Source of the DNA: an uncultured Bacteriovoracaceae bacterium | GTDB taxonomy: Bacteria > Bdellovibrionota > UBA2428 | DNA length: 64,000 bases | Reading direction: 5' to 3' | NCBI GenBank assembly: GCA_964609695.1 | Contig: CAZSSP010000007.1 | Coordinates: 8,926 to 72,925, forward strand | Shown: piece by piece, positions 1 through 10,659 of the stretch | How positions within the stretch are numbered: position 1 is the first letter of the stretch | Layout: every line of letters starts with the position of its first letter | Position numbers and translations under genes: made by a program | The notes under the pieces: generated by a model | The model's database searches: none | What the model was told of the DNA's origin: nothing | What the model saw: the letters and a program-made list of their open reading frames with translations, nothing else

Positions 1-1
1 T

Positions 2-1777
2 AAAAGGGCGGCGTATGACTTACGCTGGCTAAGCCTCTATCAATACAAAATTAAAGGCAGTTACATACGTAGTGATATAAAAAATGAACTCTACTTTTTC
101 TCTCCCATAGGTTATAAAAATCCAGAGGCAGAACTTCAAGCCGCCCTAGAGGCGTTCCATCACCCTGAACAAAAAAACTTTGGACTCCAAAAGCTCAGTG
201 CTGGATGCGCCTTCCCCGCAAGAAAAAAACGCCTAGAAGAGATTTTATCCATCAACTTTCCACATGTTGAATGTCCAGACTTTGATGAATGGGCAAAGAC
301 AGTGTCCGCCCAAAAGGTGTCCCTAATTTTTGCGGGGGCCTATATGAATAATCCAGCATCCATACTGGGACACACTTTTTTGAGATTAGGGCGAATGCAG
401 GAAAGTCGAGAGGGATCCGATCTCTTGTCTTATAGCGTTGGATTCTTAGCCCAGGCCGAAGCTCAAGATTCAGGACTCATGTATGCCATTAAAGGATTAA
501 GTGGTTCTTATCCAGGTTATTACGACATCAAAGCTCACTACATGAATGTGGCCCTTTATAACAATTCGGAAAGTCGCGACTTATGGGAATATTATTTAAA
601 TCTATCCACAGAAGAAACAGATTTTCTAGTGAAGTATTTATGGGAACTCCTCTTCAATGCGCAATTCAGATATTATTTTGTCGACGAGAATTGCTCCTAT
701 AGGCTCTTAACTTTACTCGAAGCTGTCCGGCCTCAAAGTCAATTAAGTCACCACGCTCATGGAATCGTGCTTCCAGTAAATACATTGAGAATTCTCCAAA
801 AAGAAAATTTTATAGATCAAAGGGCGCCCAAATTTAGAAGTTCCATTAAAAGAAAAATAAGCCATTCCCTTGATCACCTTAATCCAATGGACAGAGATCA
901 ATATTATTCTTTAATCCAACAACAAATCTCTCCCAACGAAATACAAAATTCCCAAATCAGCGACATCGCCTTAGATCAAATGAAATTTCAAAGCTATCAA
1001 TACAAAGGAAATCCTCCACAAAAATATCTAGAATTTGAGAGAGCACTCCTTGAAAGTAGAAGCCGAATGATCTCAAAAAACCAAAGTCCTGTTGAAATCC
1101 CTGAGCCCGCCCACCCCCTCCAAGGACATCCCACGAGTTACTTGATGCTCAAAGGCGCTTCACTGAATCAACAGGCCATAATGCAAGTAGAAAGCTTTAT
1201 GGGAGCTCATGATATCAAACAAAATGAGACTTCATTTGAAGATATAGGATCGATGAATTTTTTAGGAGCGAAAGTGCCTTATAATCTTCAAAGTAAAAAA
1301 TTTATAGGCACTGAATTCACATTGGTCGATGTTTATTCGCTCCCCACTTTTGATAGAAATTTTAAAAATATTGCTTGGAATTTTAATTTCCAAATCAGAC
1401 AGCTCTGTGAATTATGCTCTAATGACCTATGGAATTTTAAAGGAGAGGCTGGTGCAGGACTCAGTCACGACTTTAAATGGGGCTTAAGAATATTTTCAAT
1501 GCCCAGCTTCAGAGCTTACGCTGCCCACAAAAATGGAGCACAAGGCAGTATTCTCATAGGTCTCAATAGTGGCCTCAAAGTTAATCAAAAAAATTACAAT
1601 TTATTTTTTCAAAACAAAATTTTTGCTAAATCAAAATATTTTTTAGCTTCCTTTTCATTTGAAAATAGAATTTATCTTAAACAAGATAAATCCTTAGTTT
1701 TTGGAGTCGAAAGGACCCAATCTAGTCAAAAGAAATCCCAAACACTTTATTTTTCAGGCTTAGAAATATTCTTTTAA
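2..1777 (+). CDS. DUF4105 / Lnb-like periplasmic domain protein (5' end cut by window edge)
   Basis: Frame 2 is open from base 2 straight into the listed 302..1777 ORF (upstream part reads ...LYFFSPIGYKNPEAELQAALEAFHHP...CAFPARKKRLEE). Motifs ILGHTFLRLG and YYFVDENCSYRLLTLLE are typical of the DUF4105/Lnb N-terminal domain family. Confidence 0.75.
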   Translation, partial: KRAAYDLRWLSLYQYKIKGSYIRSDIKNELYFFSPIGYKNPEAELQAALEAFHHPEQKNFGLQKLSAGCAFPARKKRLEEILSINFPHVECPDFDEWAKTVSAQKVSLIFAGAYMNNPASILGHTFLRLGRMQESREGSDLLSYSVGFLAQAEAQDSGLMYAIKGLSGSYPGYYDIKAHYMNVALYNNSESRDLWEYYLNLSTEETDFLVKYLWELLFNAQFRYYFVDENCSYRLLTLLEAVRPQSQLSHHAHGIVLPVNTLRILQKENFIDQRAPKFRSSIKRKISHSLDHLNPMDRDQYYSLIQQQISPNEIQNSQISDIALDQMKFQSYQYKGNPPQKYLEFERALLESRSRMISKNQSPVEIPEPAHPLQGHPTSYLMLKGASLNQQAIMQVESFMGAHDIKQNETSFEDIGSMNFLGAKVPYNLQSKKFIGTEFTLVDVYSLPTFDRNFKNIAWNFNFQIRQLCELCSNDLWNFKGEAGAGLSHDFKWGLRIFSMPSFRAYAAHKNGAQGSILIGLNSGLKVNQKNYNLFFQNKIFAKSKYFLASFSFENRIYLKQDKSLVFGVERTQSSQKKSQTLYFSGLEIFF

Positions 1778-1789
1778 AAAAAACGACAC

Positions 1790-2428
1790 TTAAAAAACTT
1801 TTAAAAATTGGAATCTAAGGGCCGCTACCAATAGAAATCCCAAAAGCCAAAGAACACTCATTCTCTCTTCTTTTAGAGCTCTATTAAAACTATATCGAGC
1901 ATCTGACTTATTGACTTCTGGCAACCAAGAGGGAATCCAACGCCTGACTCTCTTCTTATAATGTAAGAAACTTGAGCCCATTCTCAAATATAGAGCTCTT
2001 TCATAATTAGTGGCGTTTACGGAGAGCCAAAGAAAAGCCACAAAGAGTCCAATCAAGGCATACCACCATGGCACCCTGAGAAATAAAAAGCCCGAAAGAA
2101 AGCATATAAGACTACTCATTTCCACGGGGTTTCGAACATAGCGATAAGGTCCGTCCAAAACAAAAACGTCATTCTTAAAATAGCCCTGTGACATTAAGCG
2201 TATAAGCAGACCCAAAATAAGCAACAAAAAGGATCCCCCAAAATATAGGACCTTCCAAAGAGTCGCCATTTTTGTAAAGGGTTCAGTTTCGGGACTCATA
2301 AAATAAATAACCAATATTGGCCAAGCAAAATTCCTCGAAACTCGAGTGGTCACCTGCGAAAGCTTCATTAACCAAATCGACTGTTGGTGGGGTACCGCCG
2401 ACCCCATACGCGTCAAGATCTCACTCAT
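1790..2428 (-). CDS. membrane methyltransferase-family protein (isoprenylcysteine carboxyl / phospholipid methyltransferase-like)
   Basis: GPYRYVRNPVEMSS motif resembles the RHPxY core of ICMT/PEMT-type enzymes, and there are several hydrophobic helices. Start uncertain: in-frame ATGs at 2299 and 2269 would avoid overlap with the divergent pepA. Confidence 0.55.
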   Translation of the reverse strand: MSEILTRMGSAVPHQQSIWLMKLSQVTTRVSRNFAWPILVIYFMSPETEPFTKMATLWKVLYFGGSFLLLILGLLIRLMSQGYFKNDVFVLDGPYRYVRNPVEMSSLICFLSGFLFLRVPWWYALIGLFVAFLWLSVNATNYERALYLRMGSSFLHYKKRVRRWIPSWLPEVNKSDARYSFNRALKEERMSVLWLLGFLLVAALRFQFLKVF

Positions 2429-2468
2429 GACTCTTGATTTGCCCCCTCAACAAATTATAAGGGTAAGG

Positions 2469-4091
2469 ATGAACAAGTTAAAAGTCGATATTGAATTTAA
2501 ATCTCTTAAAAATTTTTCTGCCTGCGCTAAGCAGACTAGCCAATCTCTTGTTATTGGAGTCATCAAGAAGGAAAAGAAACTAGCCTTTTGTGATAAAGTT
2601 CGAGCTCTTCCCGAACTGAACTCAATTCTTGATAAAATTTCGGAGACTCAATTCGACGCCAAATTTCTGTCGCACATACCTTTATTGTGCCAAAGCAAAA
2701 GCAAAGAACTCCCCTACGATAATATTCTTGTAGTGGGCTTGGGTGAGAAAAAGCACTTCACCCCCCAAAATGCCTTAAAAATAGGCGGCAGCATTTCTGA
2801 ACTCTGCCGTAAGTACAAACTTCAAAATATAGATGTTTTTATCGACAGCTTTAATCATGCGCCCACCTCCATAAAATCTCCCGATTCACCCAAAGATTTC
2901 GCGGGGCGTCCTCCACTTTCTGGCCTTATGAGCTCTGAAGAACACTGCGAAAAATTAGCCTTAGGTATTCTTTTAGGGTCCTATACTTTTGATAACTATA
3001 AGAGCAAAGAAAAGGATGACGATAAAATCCTCAAATACTCCTTAATTTCTAAAATATTAGAAACTAAAACAGGAGTAGCCACTATCGAAAGAGCCCTCAC
3101 TCTAAATCATGGTGTTAGTATCACCCGAGATCTTCAAACGCTTCCTAGCAACGATCTCTATCCAAGTCTTTTGGCTCAAGAAGCTCAAAAAGTGGCGAAG
3201 ACCTGTGGTCTTAACGTAGTTGTTTTCGATGAAAAGAAATTAAAAAGTGAAAACATGAACGGAATTCTTGCCGTAGGTCAAGGAAGTTCAAATCCACCTA
3301 GATTTGTTCAGATGGAATACAATTTATCCAAAAAGAACTTACCTCTTGTTATTTTTGTAGGTAAAGGAATCACTTTCGACACAGGTGGTACGTCTTTAAA
3401 ACCTGCGCCTGGTATGGAAGAAATGAAAATGGACATGAGCGGTGCGGCTTCGGTCATCGGAGCCATGTATTGCATCGCTAAACTCAAAGCCCCTATTCGA
3501 GCCATGGGTTTTATTGCTTCTGCAGAAAATCGTGTCAGCCATACTTCTATTAATCCTGGAGATATTTATAAAGCTCATAACGGAAAAACAGTAGAAGTCA
3601 TTAATACAGACGCCGAAGGAAGATTGGTTTTAGGAGATGCGCTTAGCTTTGCCAAACAATACAATCCATCTTGCGTAGTCGACATTGCCACACTGACTGG
3701 CGCCGTTGGAATTGCTCTTGGATCTCCTGCTTCAGGAATCATGGGCAACAATCACACCTACACACGAGCCTACCAAACGGCCTCAGACAAAGCCGGCGAA
3801 AAAACTTGGGAACTTCCTCTCTATGAAGAGTATGCCGAAGACATGAAATCCACTATCGCCGATTATCGAAACATTGGCTCTGGTCGAGAAGCAGGCGCGA
3901 GTAAGGGTGGTATCTTTTTAAACTTCTTCGTAGAAGATGCTTATCCCTGGATTCACCTTGATGTGGCGAGCACAGCCGACACTCCAAAGGGCCAAGGACC
4001 TCATTGCCCTGCTCATGTAGGAACTGGAGTTCCCGTGCGCGGTTTAGTTGAATTTGCAATGAACTATTCTAATTACGTAAAGAGCAAATAA
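2469..4091 (+). CDS. pepA: leucyl aminopeptidase (peptidase M17)
   Basis: NTDAEGRLVLGDAL M17 signature and VGKGITFDTGG. ATG at 2469 is preceded by TAAGG. The listed 2346 start is an upstream extension overlapping the divergent gene. Confidence 0.9.
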   Translation: MNKLKVDIEFKSLKNFSACAKQTSQSLVIGVIKKEKKLAFCDKVRALPELNSILDKISETQFDAKFLSHIPLLCQSKSKELPYDNILVVGLGEKKHFTPQNALKIGGSISELCRKYKLQNIDVFIDSFNHAPTSIKSPDSPKDFAGRPPLSGLMSSEEHCEKLALGILLGSYTFDNYKSKEKDDDKILKYSLISKILETKTGVATIERALTLNHGVSITRDLQTLPSNDLYPSLLAQEAQKVAKTCGLNVVVFDEKKLKSENMNGILAVGQGSSNPPRFVQMEYNLSKKNLPLVIFVGKGITFDTGGTSLKPAPGMEEMKMDMSGAASVIGAMYCIAKLKAPIRAMGFIASAENRVSHTSINPGDIYKAHNGKTVEVINTDAEGRLVLGDALSFAKQYNPSCVVDIATLTGAVGIALGSPASGIMGNNHTYTRAYQTASDKAGEKTWELPLYEEYAEDMKSTIADYRNIGSGREAGASKGGIFLNFFVEDAYPWIHLDVASTADTPKGQGPHCPAHVGTGVPVRGLVEFAMNYSNYVKSK

Positions 4092-4095
4092 AGTA

Positions 4096-5220
4096 TTAGT
4101 GCTTAGTTTTAGAATTTGCTGAAGGAGCTTTTCCTTTAACGTATTTGGATTTTTCTTCAGGAAAATATTCAGCAGGTTTTTTTGTATACTGTGGGTCTAT
4201 AGCTCCCAAATACTGGTAAGTCCCAGATTCATCTGGATCTAGTGATTTTCCATTATTTTTAGGAGCATCTTTTCTCTTTAATGTTAAAATTGTTAAATTT
4301 CCGTTGACCCGTTCCCGTATTCGCTGATCTGGCTCTGCCACAGAAAAAAAGCCCCTAGTCTGATGAGAGGGATCTACTGGAATTTCTTTACATAGCAACA
4401 TGGCATCTAAAGCTCTTTGAAAAAATGGAGGTCTTTGCCCTTCAATAGCCTGACCCAGGCTAGCCACTTTATCGGCAATATAGGGATAAAGAAGTTTTTT
4501 TATTTCTTCGACAGGATAAGCCTCAGAGGAAAGATGAGACTCCGAAGAATTAGATGCATTTAAATTGAAATCTTTATAACTAAAAGATCCTTCACCAGAA
4601 TGATAATCTTGATCCCCTTTAGTTAGCTTTTCATTTAGGTCATAATAATGAGTCACTTCGTGTTGAATAAAAATATCTGGAATGACATCAGAAGAACTAC
4701 TCAATCTAGATTGGTATCTATCTTTAATGTTTGAAAATTTTTTCTGACCCTTTTCTAGCTGACTTTGAAATGGAATTTCTGATTGTTTATGAAAAACGGC
4801 TCCATTAGGACTAATCACCAAATAACCTCGACTATTGTCTTTGAAATGTTTTGTATAAACAATTTCAATGGCCTTTCCGACTGAGTCCTTATCAGCCTTT
4901 AAAAATAAATCTTCTCTTTTTGAAGGCTCATACACAACTCGCAATCGACTCTCCGAAATCCCCGGCGCTCTAAAGCTAGATTCCGAATTTTCAGAACTTG
5001 ATTTGTAAGGATAATCGGCCTCCAATTGATTGAGCGCTCCCAGACAAGCAAACTCATGAATAAGAGGAGCATCAAATTCGAAGGGCTCCACTATGACAGC
5101 CCTAGGTGGTGGAGTAGATGCTTTTGTTTCCTTTGTTGATTTTTTGGGCAAGGCAAAAGACGAAAATGCAAAGAGCGAAAATCCAATAAAAAGATAAAAC
5201 TTAAAAACTTGCCTCACCAA
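4096..5220 (-). CDS. secreted hypothetical protein with HEXXH motif (possible zinc metallopeptidase)
   Basis: N-terminal signal-like segment FYLFIGFSLFAFSSFALP and the motif IFIQHEVTHYYD (HExxH). No other family recognised. TTG/GTG start only. Confidence 0.5.
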   Translation of the reverse strand: MVRQVFKFYLFIGFSLFAFSSFALPKKSTKETKASTPPPRAVIVEPFEFDAPLIHEFACLGALNQLEADYPYKSSSENSESSFRAPGISESRLRVVYEPSKREDLFLKADKDSVGKAIEIVYTKHFKDNSRGYLVISPNGAVFHKQSEIPFQSQLEKGQKKFSNIKDRYQSRLSSSSDVIPDIFIQHEVTHYYDLNEKLTKGDQDYHSGEGSFSYKDFNLNASNSSESHLSSEAYPVEEIKKLLYPYIADKVASLGQAIEGQRPPFFQRALDAMLLCKEIPVDPSHQTRGFFSVAEPDQRIRERVNGNLTILTLKRKDAPKNNGKSLDPDESGTYQYLGAIDPQYTKKPAEYFPEEKSKYVKGKAPSANSKTKH

Positions 5221-5280
5221 GTATAAGTTTAACCCTTTTTACAGAATTAAATTGTTAAGATTACGTTAAGAAAAACTGTA

Positions 5281-5535
5281 TTAGCCGTCTCTTTGATCTG
5301 GTGGAAGATCTTCAGAAGCTGGGCGATCTACATCGATAATAGACCAACCTTGTTGAAGACGAACTTTTCTCTCAGCAATTTCACGAAGAGCAATAACGGC
5401 AGGCTTGTTATTGGGAGCATCAACTAAAGAGCGAGCTCCTTTCATCAATTGTTTGGTTCTTTTTGCAGCCAAATGAACTAGCGCAAAACGATTAGGAACT
5501 TGGTTCAAACAGTCTTCAACGGTAACTCGTGCCAT
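5281..5535 (-). CDS. rpoZ: DNA-directed RNA polymerase subunit omega
   Basis: [30 protein letters not shown]... is the canonical RpoZ N-terminus; 84 aa. Confidence 0.9.
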   Translation of the reverse strand: MARVTVEDCLNQVPNRFALVHLAAKRTKQLMKGARSLVDAPNNKPAVIALREIAERKVRLQQGWSIIDVDRPASEDLPPDQRDG

Positions 5536-5580
5536 AGGCTACTAACTATACGGATTTAGAGGTGTCTGGCAAGGAATTTC

Positions 5581-6219
5581 TCAAGAAAGCTCGGAGGGCT
5601 TCGGCTGGTCTTGAGGGTCGACCCAATCACCTTCGGGCTCTTTATCAACAATTCGTCCAATATTTAAGGGGAAAAACTTGAGCTGCTCAGGGGTTAAAAC
5701 CTTAAAACTCAAAGAATTATAAGGCTTTGGAAGATCCTTGGTCGTAATTTCGATAAAACCAAAAGGAGTATGAGGGGCGCGATCTTTAGCAAAAACTTTA
5801 AGTTTTTGAATCAAAGTAAATGGAATTCTTCCTTGTCTTGGTTGTTGAAAAAATAAAGGCCGAATATGGAAATATTCAAGCGCTTGCGCCGATCGATCAA
5901 AAGAAATTTCCAATTTCTCCATTCGAAACATAAATACCAAAGCATAAAAAAATATAGAAACAGCCGCCACAAACCACATGACTTTATCTTGCATCTGAGA
6001 AGCCTCGAGCGAAGAAGCCGCCCATCCGCTTTCCATAAAAAACTTAGAAGGGGCCCTGTTAATTCCCAACATAAAGGCAAAACCCAGGCCCGCAAAAGCA
6101 ATTAGACGGGCTTTAATAGGCCCCAACTTAAGATACCAAGCTAGAATTTTAGCAGGTGATTTTTCTAAACGTAGTTCTAAGACACCTTTTTCAAATTGTG
6201 ATCCAGAAAGTTCAAACAT
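5581..6219 (-). CDS. hypothetical membrane protein
   Basis: 212-aa ORF with two clear hydrophobic helices (LIAFAGLGFAFMLGI, VMWFVAAVSIFFYALVFMF). No recognisable family. Confidence 0.5.
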   Translation of the reverse strand: MFELSGSQFEKGVLELRLEKSPAKILAWYLKLGPIKARLIAFAGLGFAFMLGINRAPSKFFMESGWAASSLEASQMQDKVMWFVAAVSIFFYALVFMFRMEKLEISFDRSAQALEYFHIRPLFFQQPRQGRIPFTLIQKLKVFAKDRAPHTPFGFIEITTKDLPKPYNSLSFKVLTPEQLKFFPLNIGRIVDKEPEGDWVDPQDQPKPSELS

Positions 6220-6234
6220 ACTTTTGAAGTTAAT

Positions 6235-8058
6235 CTAGGGATCTAAAAGTTTCAAATTTTCTAATCGCTTCAAATCAAAATCAGCTTTAAGTTGAAGCAG
6301 CTCTTTTTGCACTACCGCAAAAGCTTCCTCTTTAATTTTAAGTTCAGCTTCTAAACTAGCTCTTTTTTGATTGAGCTCTTCTTTGTGCTCACGCACCTTA
6401 ACATCTTCACTTGCAGCTGTATTTTCACCCATTTCGATTTCTTTCTGAGTCAAGGGGGCTCCAGCCGACCAATCCTCTTTATTCATAAAATAAGAGGTCA
6501 TTAAATGAGAGTGCTCTACATGAGCGAAGCTAGTCGCAAATTTCATTTCCACTAAATCCATAAAGTGATTTCTGTCTTCGGGATAAAGCTTCGTATAACG
6601 ACATAAAGATCTCAGCCAAAGAATCCACTGTCTCGAACTTTCATTAGAAGGAACTAATGAGCTGTCATAATTAGAATGCTTCACTTTGGAGGCTTCAACT
6701 TTTTCTAAAATAGCGAGGAGGGATCGAATCAAATCTTTAGAATGTGATTTTTCGGCATGTTCAACAAACACATTTTTCGCATCTGCCAACAAATCAGGAC
6801 TGTCTATTTTTCCATGAAAGCGAATTTGCCTCTCTAATATTCTTTCAATTCTTCGAGTCAGAGGATACTTCAAATCGAAATCTAAAATCACCTTTCCTTT
6901 ATCGAGCTCAGAAAGCTCGTCATCGATACTTTGAATTTTAGAATGAATCATGTCCAGTTCGGCTTGAGCACTGGCAACAAGATTTTGTTTTTCAATGTAT
7001 GGAGTTTGAATGTCCTGAATATTCTTAGCCACCGTATTAAGCCTAGACAATTCACCTTGAAGAAAATCTATAAATGTTGAATGCGCTTTAGAATTCCAAT
7101 GCTTAAAAATGTTTTCAATTTCACTTCGAGTAAACGATTTGATGTTATGAACAATCGCATATTGATCAAAATAACTGAATTTTTCTGGGTCAAACTCCCA
7201 ATTTTTAAACTTTAAATATTCATTATTCTGTAAGTAAAACCTAAAAAACCACATTCTTTTGTTTTCAGAATCCTTTGAACGTTTTTTTGGAACAAACACA
7301 TCATGATACAGCCTAGCTTCTGATGTCATTTCATCGAGATTATCAAAAGAAAAATTATGAATGTTAAAAAGACTCTTTGTATAACCGCTTCTCCATTTAT
7401 TAAAAAAAGCCCAATCCTCTTGGATACGTTTTGAATCTTCAAACACGACAAATATCAACGCCAAACGCATTTTATAGAGTGCGGGATCGGAATTGGCGTA
7501 ACTTCTCCAGAAAGTTAACATGGCTAAATATTTTTCCAAATCCATATCAAAACTTTTAGCCATTTTATCTGTTCTAAAATATTCACTGGCCAAATCCATT
7601 TCACGCATCATCCAAACAAATGAATTCATCGTAAAATTAATAACTTTTTTCTTAGATTCTTCACTTTGATAATTAAAATTACTTAAATGTGCTGCAGATT
7701 CTTTTAGATCTTTAAGTTTCAAAACAGACTTCATGGCTTCATATAAAATATGAGACATAAATCGACTTTTAAAAATGGGGCCCTTTTCAATAAGAACCTC
7801 AAGTTCTTGAGCAAGCTTTTCTACATTTCCTGTTTCAATTCCCAAATTCGATACAAAAATTTCAAGCCTATCTATTAAGGGTTTTGAGGCGTTTGAAGTG
7901 ACCTGGCCATTTCGAGCCAATAATAATGCCGATTCACATGATGGAGAAAGTTTTACTAAACTCAAGGAATTTGGTGCTTCAGACTCCTGAGAATGTACCC
8001 CATTTAAAAAACATCCTAAGAATAAAGAAAGACTTAAAGCTAGCCTCTTTATAGACAT
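6235..8058 (-). CDS. hypothetical secreted/lipoprotein, coiled-coil rich
   Basis: Signal peptide MSIKRLALSLSLFLGCFLNGVHS. C-terminal heptad-like charged stretches (ELNQKRASLEAELKIKEEAFAVVQKELLQLK). 607 aa, no family recognised. Confidence 0.55.
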   Translation of the reverse strand: MSIKRLALSLSLFLGCFLNGVHSQESEAPNSLSLVKLSPSCESALLLARNGQVTSNASKPLIDRLEIFVSNLGIETGNVEKLAQELEVLIEKGPIFKSRFMSHILYEAMKSVLKLKDLKESAAHLSNFNYQSEESKKKVINFTMNSFVWMMREMDLASEYFRTDKMAKSFDMDLEKYLAMLTFWRSYANSDPALYKMRLALIFVVFEDSKRIQEDWAFFNKWRSGYTKSLFNIHNFSFDNLDEMTSEARLYHDVFVPKKRSKDSENKRMWFFRFYLQNNEYLKFKNWEFDPEKFSYFDQYAIVHNIKSFTRSEIENIFKHWNSKAHSTFIDFLQGELSRLNTVAKNIQDIQTPYIEKQNLVASAQAELDMIHSKIQSIDDELSELDKGKVILDFDLKYPLTRRIERILERQIRFHGKIDSPDLLADAKNVFVEHAEKSHSKDLIRSLLAILEKVEASKVKHSNYDSSLVPSNESSRQWILWLRSLCRYTKLYPEDRNHFMDLVEMKFATSFAHVEHSHLMTSYFMNKEDWSAGAPLTQKEIEMGENTAASEDVKVREHKEELNQKRASLEAELKIKEEAFAVVQKELLQLKADFDLKRLENLKLLDP

Positions 8059-8195
8059 TGAAAATTCAAATAGGACACCTTAACGCATTAGGTCAAGGGG
8101 ATTCAAAAGAGCTACAAAGAGGACTCGAATTAAGCTCTATTTAAGCCAGCAAATATTGGCTGACTTCAAGTTCTTAGACTGTTAGCTTCCGCAAC

Positions 8196-9101
8196 GTGTT
8201 TAAAACTGAGAATGAAATTCAGAGCAGTGAAGTTCACCTAATACCCCAAATTCGATGGGGATTGGGCTATCAATTAGCCGCTGCATTGCTACGCCTGGGA
8301 CGCAAGGTCTCCAGTTTAAAACAAGCGTCTGAGGACCTTGGTAAAATTCACCACCTAAAAATTTCATTTTATCCGCAAAGTGAAATCGATTTAGAAAATG
8401 AAAAATTTAAATCTCAAGACAATGAAATTTTTGCAGTCTTTCTTTGTCCAGAAATAGAAGTTTCATTAAACAATCCTCCCTCAGCATCAACAATACAAAA
8501 GCTGTTGAACATGGCCGAAAAATTTTTGGAAAAAAATCCAGAATTACACCTCATCACGCTCTTGCCCCAATCTGTTTCCAAAGAAGATGTTATGAGTTTT
8601 CAACTTCTCAGCCATAAAAGCACAGTCTTTCTAAGTCCAGCTACATACGGATTTCGCGATCGAGGCTTATTAGACTTTGCCTTAAAAAATCCTTTTCATC
8701 TGAAAAAATTTACAAGTAAAAACGACAAGCTCTCAATTGCGTTCTCTAGAGACGTTGTAGCCTATATTTTAAGCGCTTTTAACAAAAGTGATTGTTTTGG
8801 AAAAACTTATATTTTGCCTGAACAAATATCCTCTTTAAAAGAATGGCAAAGTTATTTCGAAAAGACCTTTAAGAAAAAATCGATGCTATCCAAAGAGGGT
8901 CTCAAAAGTCTTTTCTCCAAAAAGGAATTTCCACCTCTATCAAACTCTCAAGGAAGCTCATTTGAGCTTGCGCCACTAAAAGCCGAAGATTTTTTTCCCA
9001 ACGCTCCCTCTAAAACAGAGAGAAGCCTCAATTTAATATTTGAGCAAAATCAAAAATACCCTGAACTCGAAACTCACTTTCCACCTCCTCGAGCTTTATA
9101 A
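8196..9101 (+). CDS. hypothetical protein
   Basis: 301-aa ORF with GTG start, 9 nt upstream of trmB. WGLGYQLAAALLRLGRKV could be a degenerate Rossmann N-terminus (weak). Confidence 0.45.
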   Translation: MFKTENEIQSSEVHLIPQIRWGLGYQLAAALLRLGRKVSSLKQASEDLGKIHHLKISFYPQSEIDLENEKFKSQDNEIFAVFLCPEIEVSLNNPPSASTIQKLLNMAEKFLEKNPELHLITLLPQSVSKEDVMSFQLLSHKSTVFLSPATYGFRDRGLLDFALKNPFHLKKFTSKNDKLSIAFSRDVVAYILSAFNKSDCFGKTYILPEQISSLKEWQSYFEKTFKKKSMLSKEGLKSLFSKKEFPPLSNSQGSSFELAPLKAEDFFPNAPSKTERSLNLIFEQNQKYPELETHFPPPRAL

Positions 9102-9110
9102 ATTAAATTT

Positions 9111-9746
9111 ATGAAAAAAATTCGACCCACTCAACATTGCATCACTCTAAAAGACGGTCATCGATTGCCTTTTCACAATCCCATCAAAGAACGTAGAGAA
9201 CTTTCTTTATCTGATTATGTTCCTGAAAATTTTCAAAGCCTTGAAGTTGAAATCGGTTGCGGTAAAGGTGAATTCATATCTCGTCGTGCACTTAAATATC
9301 CCGAGCGATTTTTTATTGGTATAGATCGCCGAAAAGATCGACACACACTCACTTATAAGAAATTATTGAGATCGGATCAAAAAAATTGGTTGATACTTCA
9401 CGAAGATGCTCGCTGTTTCTTAGAAAGCTCACTTCCTCAAATCCAAATACTCCACATCTATCATCCCGACCCTTGGCCCAAGGAAAAGCACCATAAGCAT
9501 AGGTTTTTCAGAAGCCCAGACGCCCTCAAGTGGGCACAAGCAATTCGTCCGGGTGGAGAACTAAGATTATCGACCGACCATAGAGAGTATTTTGAAGAGA
9601 TTTTAAAAATTCTCGAGACTTGGGACTTCCTAGAACAGCAATACGTTTATACAAAACGCAGCGGCGAACCCATGACTCATTTTGAAGGCATTTTTCTCAA
9701 GAAAAACGAGCCCGTATACAAAGCCATTTATTATAGAAAAAAGTAA
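9111..9746 (+). CDS. trmB: tRNA (guanine-N7)-methyltransferase
   Basis: EIGCGKGEF SAM-binding motif and HPDPWPKEKHHKHRF motif, both characteristic of TrmB. Confidence 0.9.
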   Translation: MKKIRPTQHCITLKDGHRLPFHNPIKERRELSLSDYVPENFQSLEVEIGCGKGEFISRRALKYPERFFIGIDRRKDRHTLTYKKLLRSDQKNWLILHEDARCFLESSLPQIQILHIYHPDPWPKEKHHKHRFFRSPDALKWAQAIRPGGELRLSTDHREYFEEILKILETWDFLEQQYVYTKRSGEPMTHFEGIFLKKNEPVYKAIYYRKK

Positions 9747-9760
9747 ATGATGATACTTAA

Positions 9761-9791
9761 AAGTCTTAGTAATTGTTGACTACTAAGACTT
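9761..9791. terminator. putative bidirectional hairpin terminator between convergent genes
   Basis: AAGTCTTAGTA-(9 nt loop)-TACTAAGACTT, an 11-bp perfect stem flanked by T-rich sequence on both strands. Lies between the trmB stop and the stop of the minus-strand gene. Confidence 0.45.
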
Positions 9792-9808
9792 TATTAATTG
9801 AGTAAATT

Positions 9809-10522
9809 TTAGTCTCTAATTTTCTTAAAAAAGTAACAATAATTCACAGGGCCAATATCGTGTTTAATAACTTTTCCTAAAGCTTCTGAATAAAGTGAGT
9901 TATTTTTAATTAAATTGGTTCCTTGAATCACAATATATTCGCCATTTTTTTTAACTTTATACAAAACATCAAGGCGCCCATTTTTTTCAACATCCAGGCT
10001 CCATTGTATTGGTTCCTGAATATCTACGCTTTTGACGGATGAAGTATTGCCACTACTTATCGCAGTATTAATTATAGAGTTAAAATTTTCGGAATCTGCA
10101 TTACCATCATAATGATCAAAATAGTGAGCCGGTAAAGCTTTATACTCAGAATCAAAATGAACCCCAACGATTATATAATTTAATTCTGGACTGGGAAAAG
10201 CCGGCCCTTCATCGTTTCCAGTTTTGACTACTGTTTTCGCCATTAATGCATTGGTAGCTTTATTTTGAGCTTCGACACTAAAACATCGTCCCGAATGCCA
10301 ACCTTGGATTTCATCAATCGAAACAAGTTCACCTTGCTCATACATCTGAGCAAGACTCGCAAATCTGGATTCTGGATCTAATTTAGGTGCTTGATTATTC
10401 TCACTACTCGGTGAGTACTGTTTATTGACTTTTGTTGATTGTAAAACACTTAATTCGGAATGAGCCGGATTAATAATGGCTAAAGCTATCAAAAAAATAA
10501 CTACTGATTTTAAAATTTGCAC
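9809..10522 (-). CDS. hypothetical secreted protein
   Basis: GTG at 10522 is preceded by GGGAGGA with a 6-nt spacer and yields signal peptide (M)QILKSVVIFLIALAIINPAHS. The listed TTG at 10537 lies inside that RBS. Confidence 0.55.
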   Translation of the reverse strand: MQILKSVVIFLIALAIINPAHSELSVLQSTKVNKQYSPSSENNQAPKLDPESRFASLAQMYEQGELVSIDEIQGWHSGRCFSVEAQNKATNALMAKTVVKTGNDEGPAFPSPELNYIIVGVHFDSEYKALPAHYFDHYDGNADSENFNSIINTAISSGNTSSVKSVDIQEPIQWSLDVEKNGRLDVLYKVKKNGEYIVIQGTNLIKNNSLYSEALGKVIKHDIGPVNYCYFFKKIRD

Positions 10523-10659
10523 TGAAATTCCTCCCAAATCGGCATAATGCCAAGTTCAAAAAGAAATTATCAATCTAGTATTGAAGTGTACAGTAACAAT
10601 ACAAAATTTAGCGCAATATTTTACCTATCCATGCCGCACATAAGAATTATGGGTCAAAC

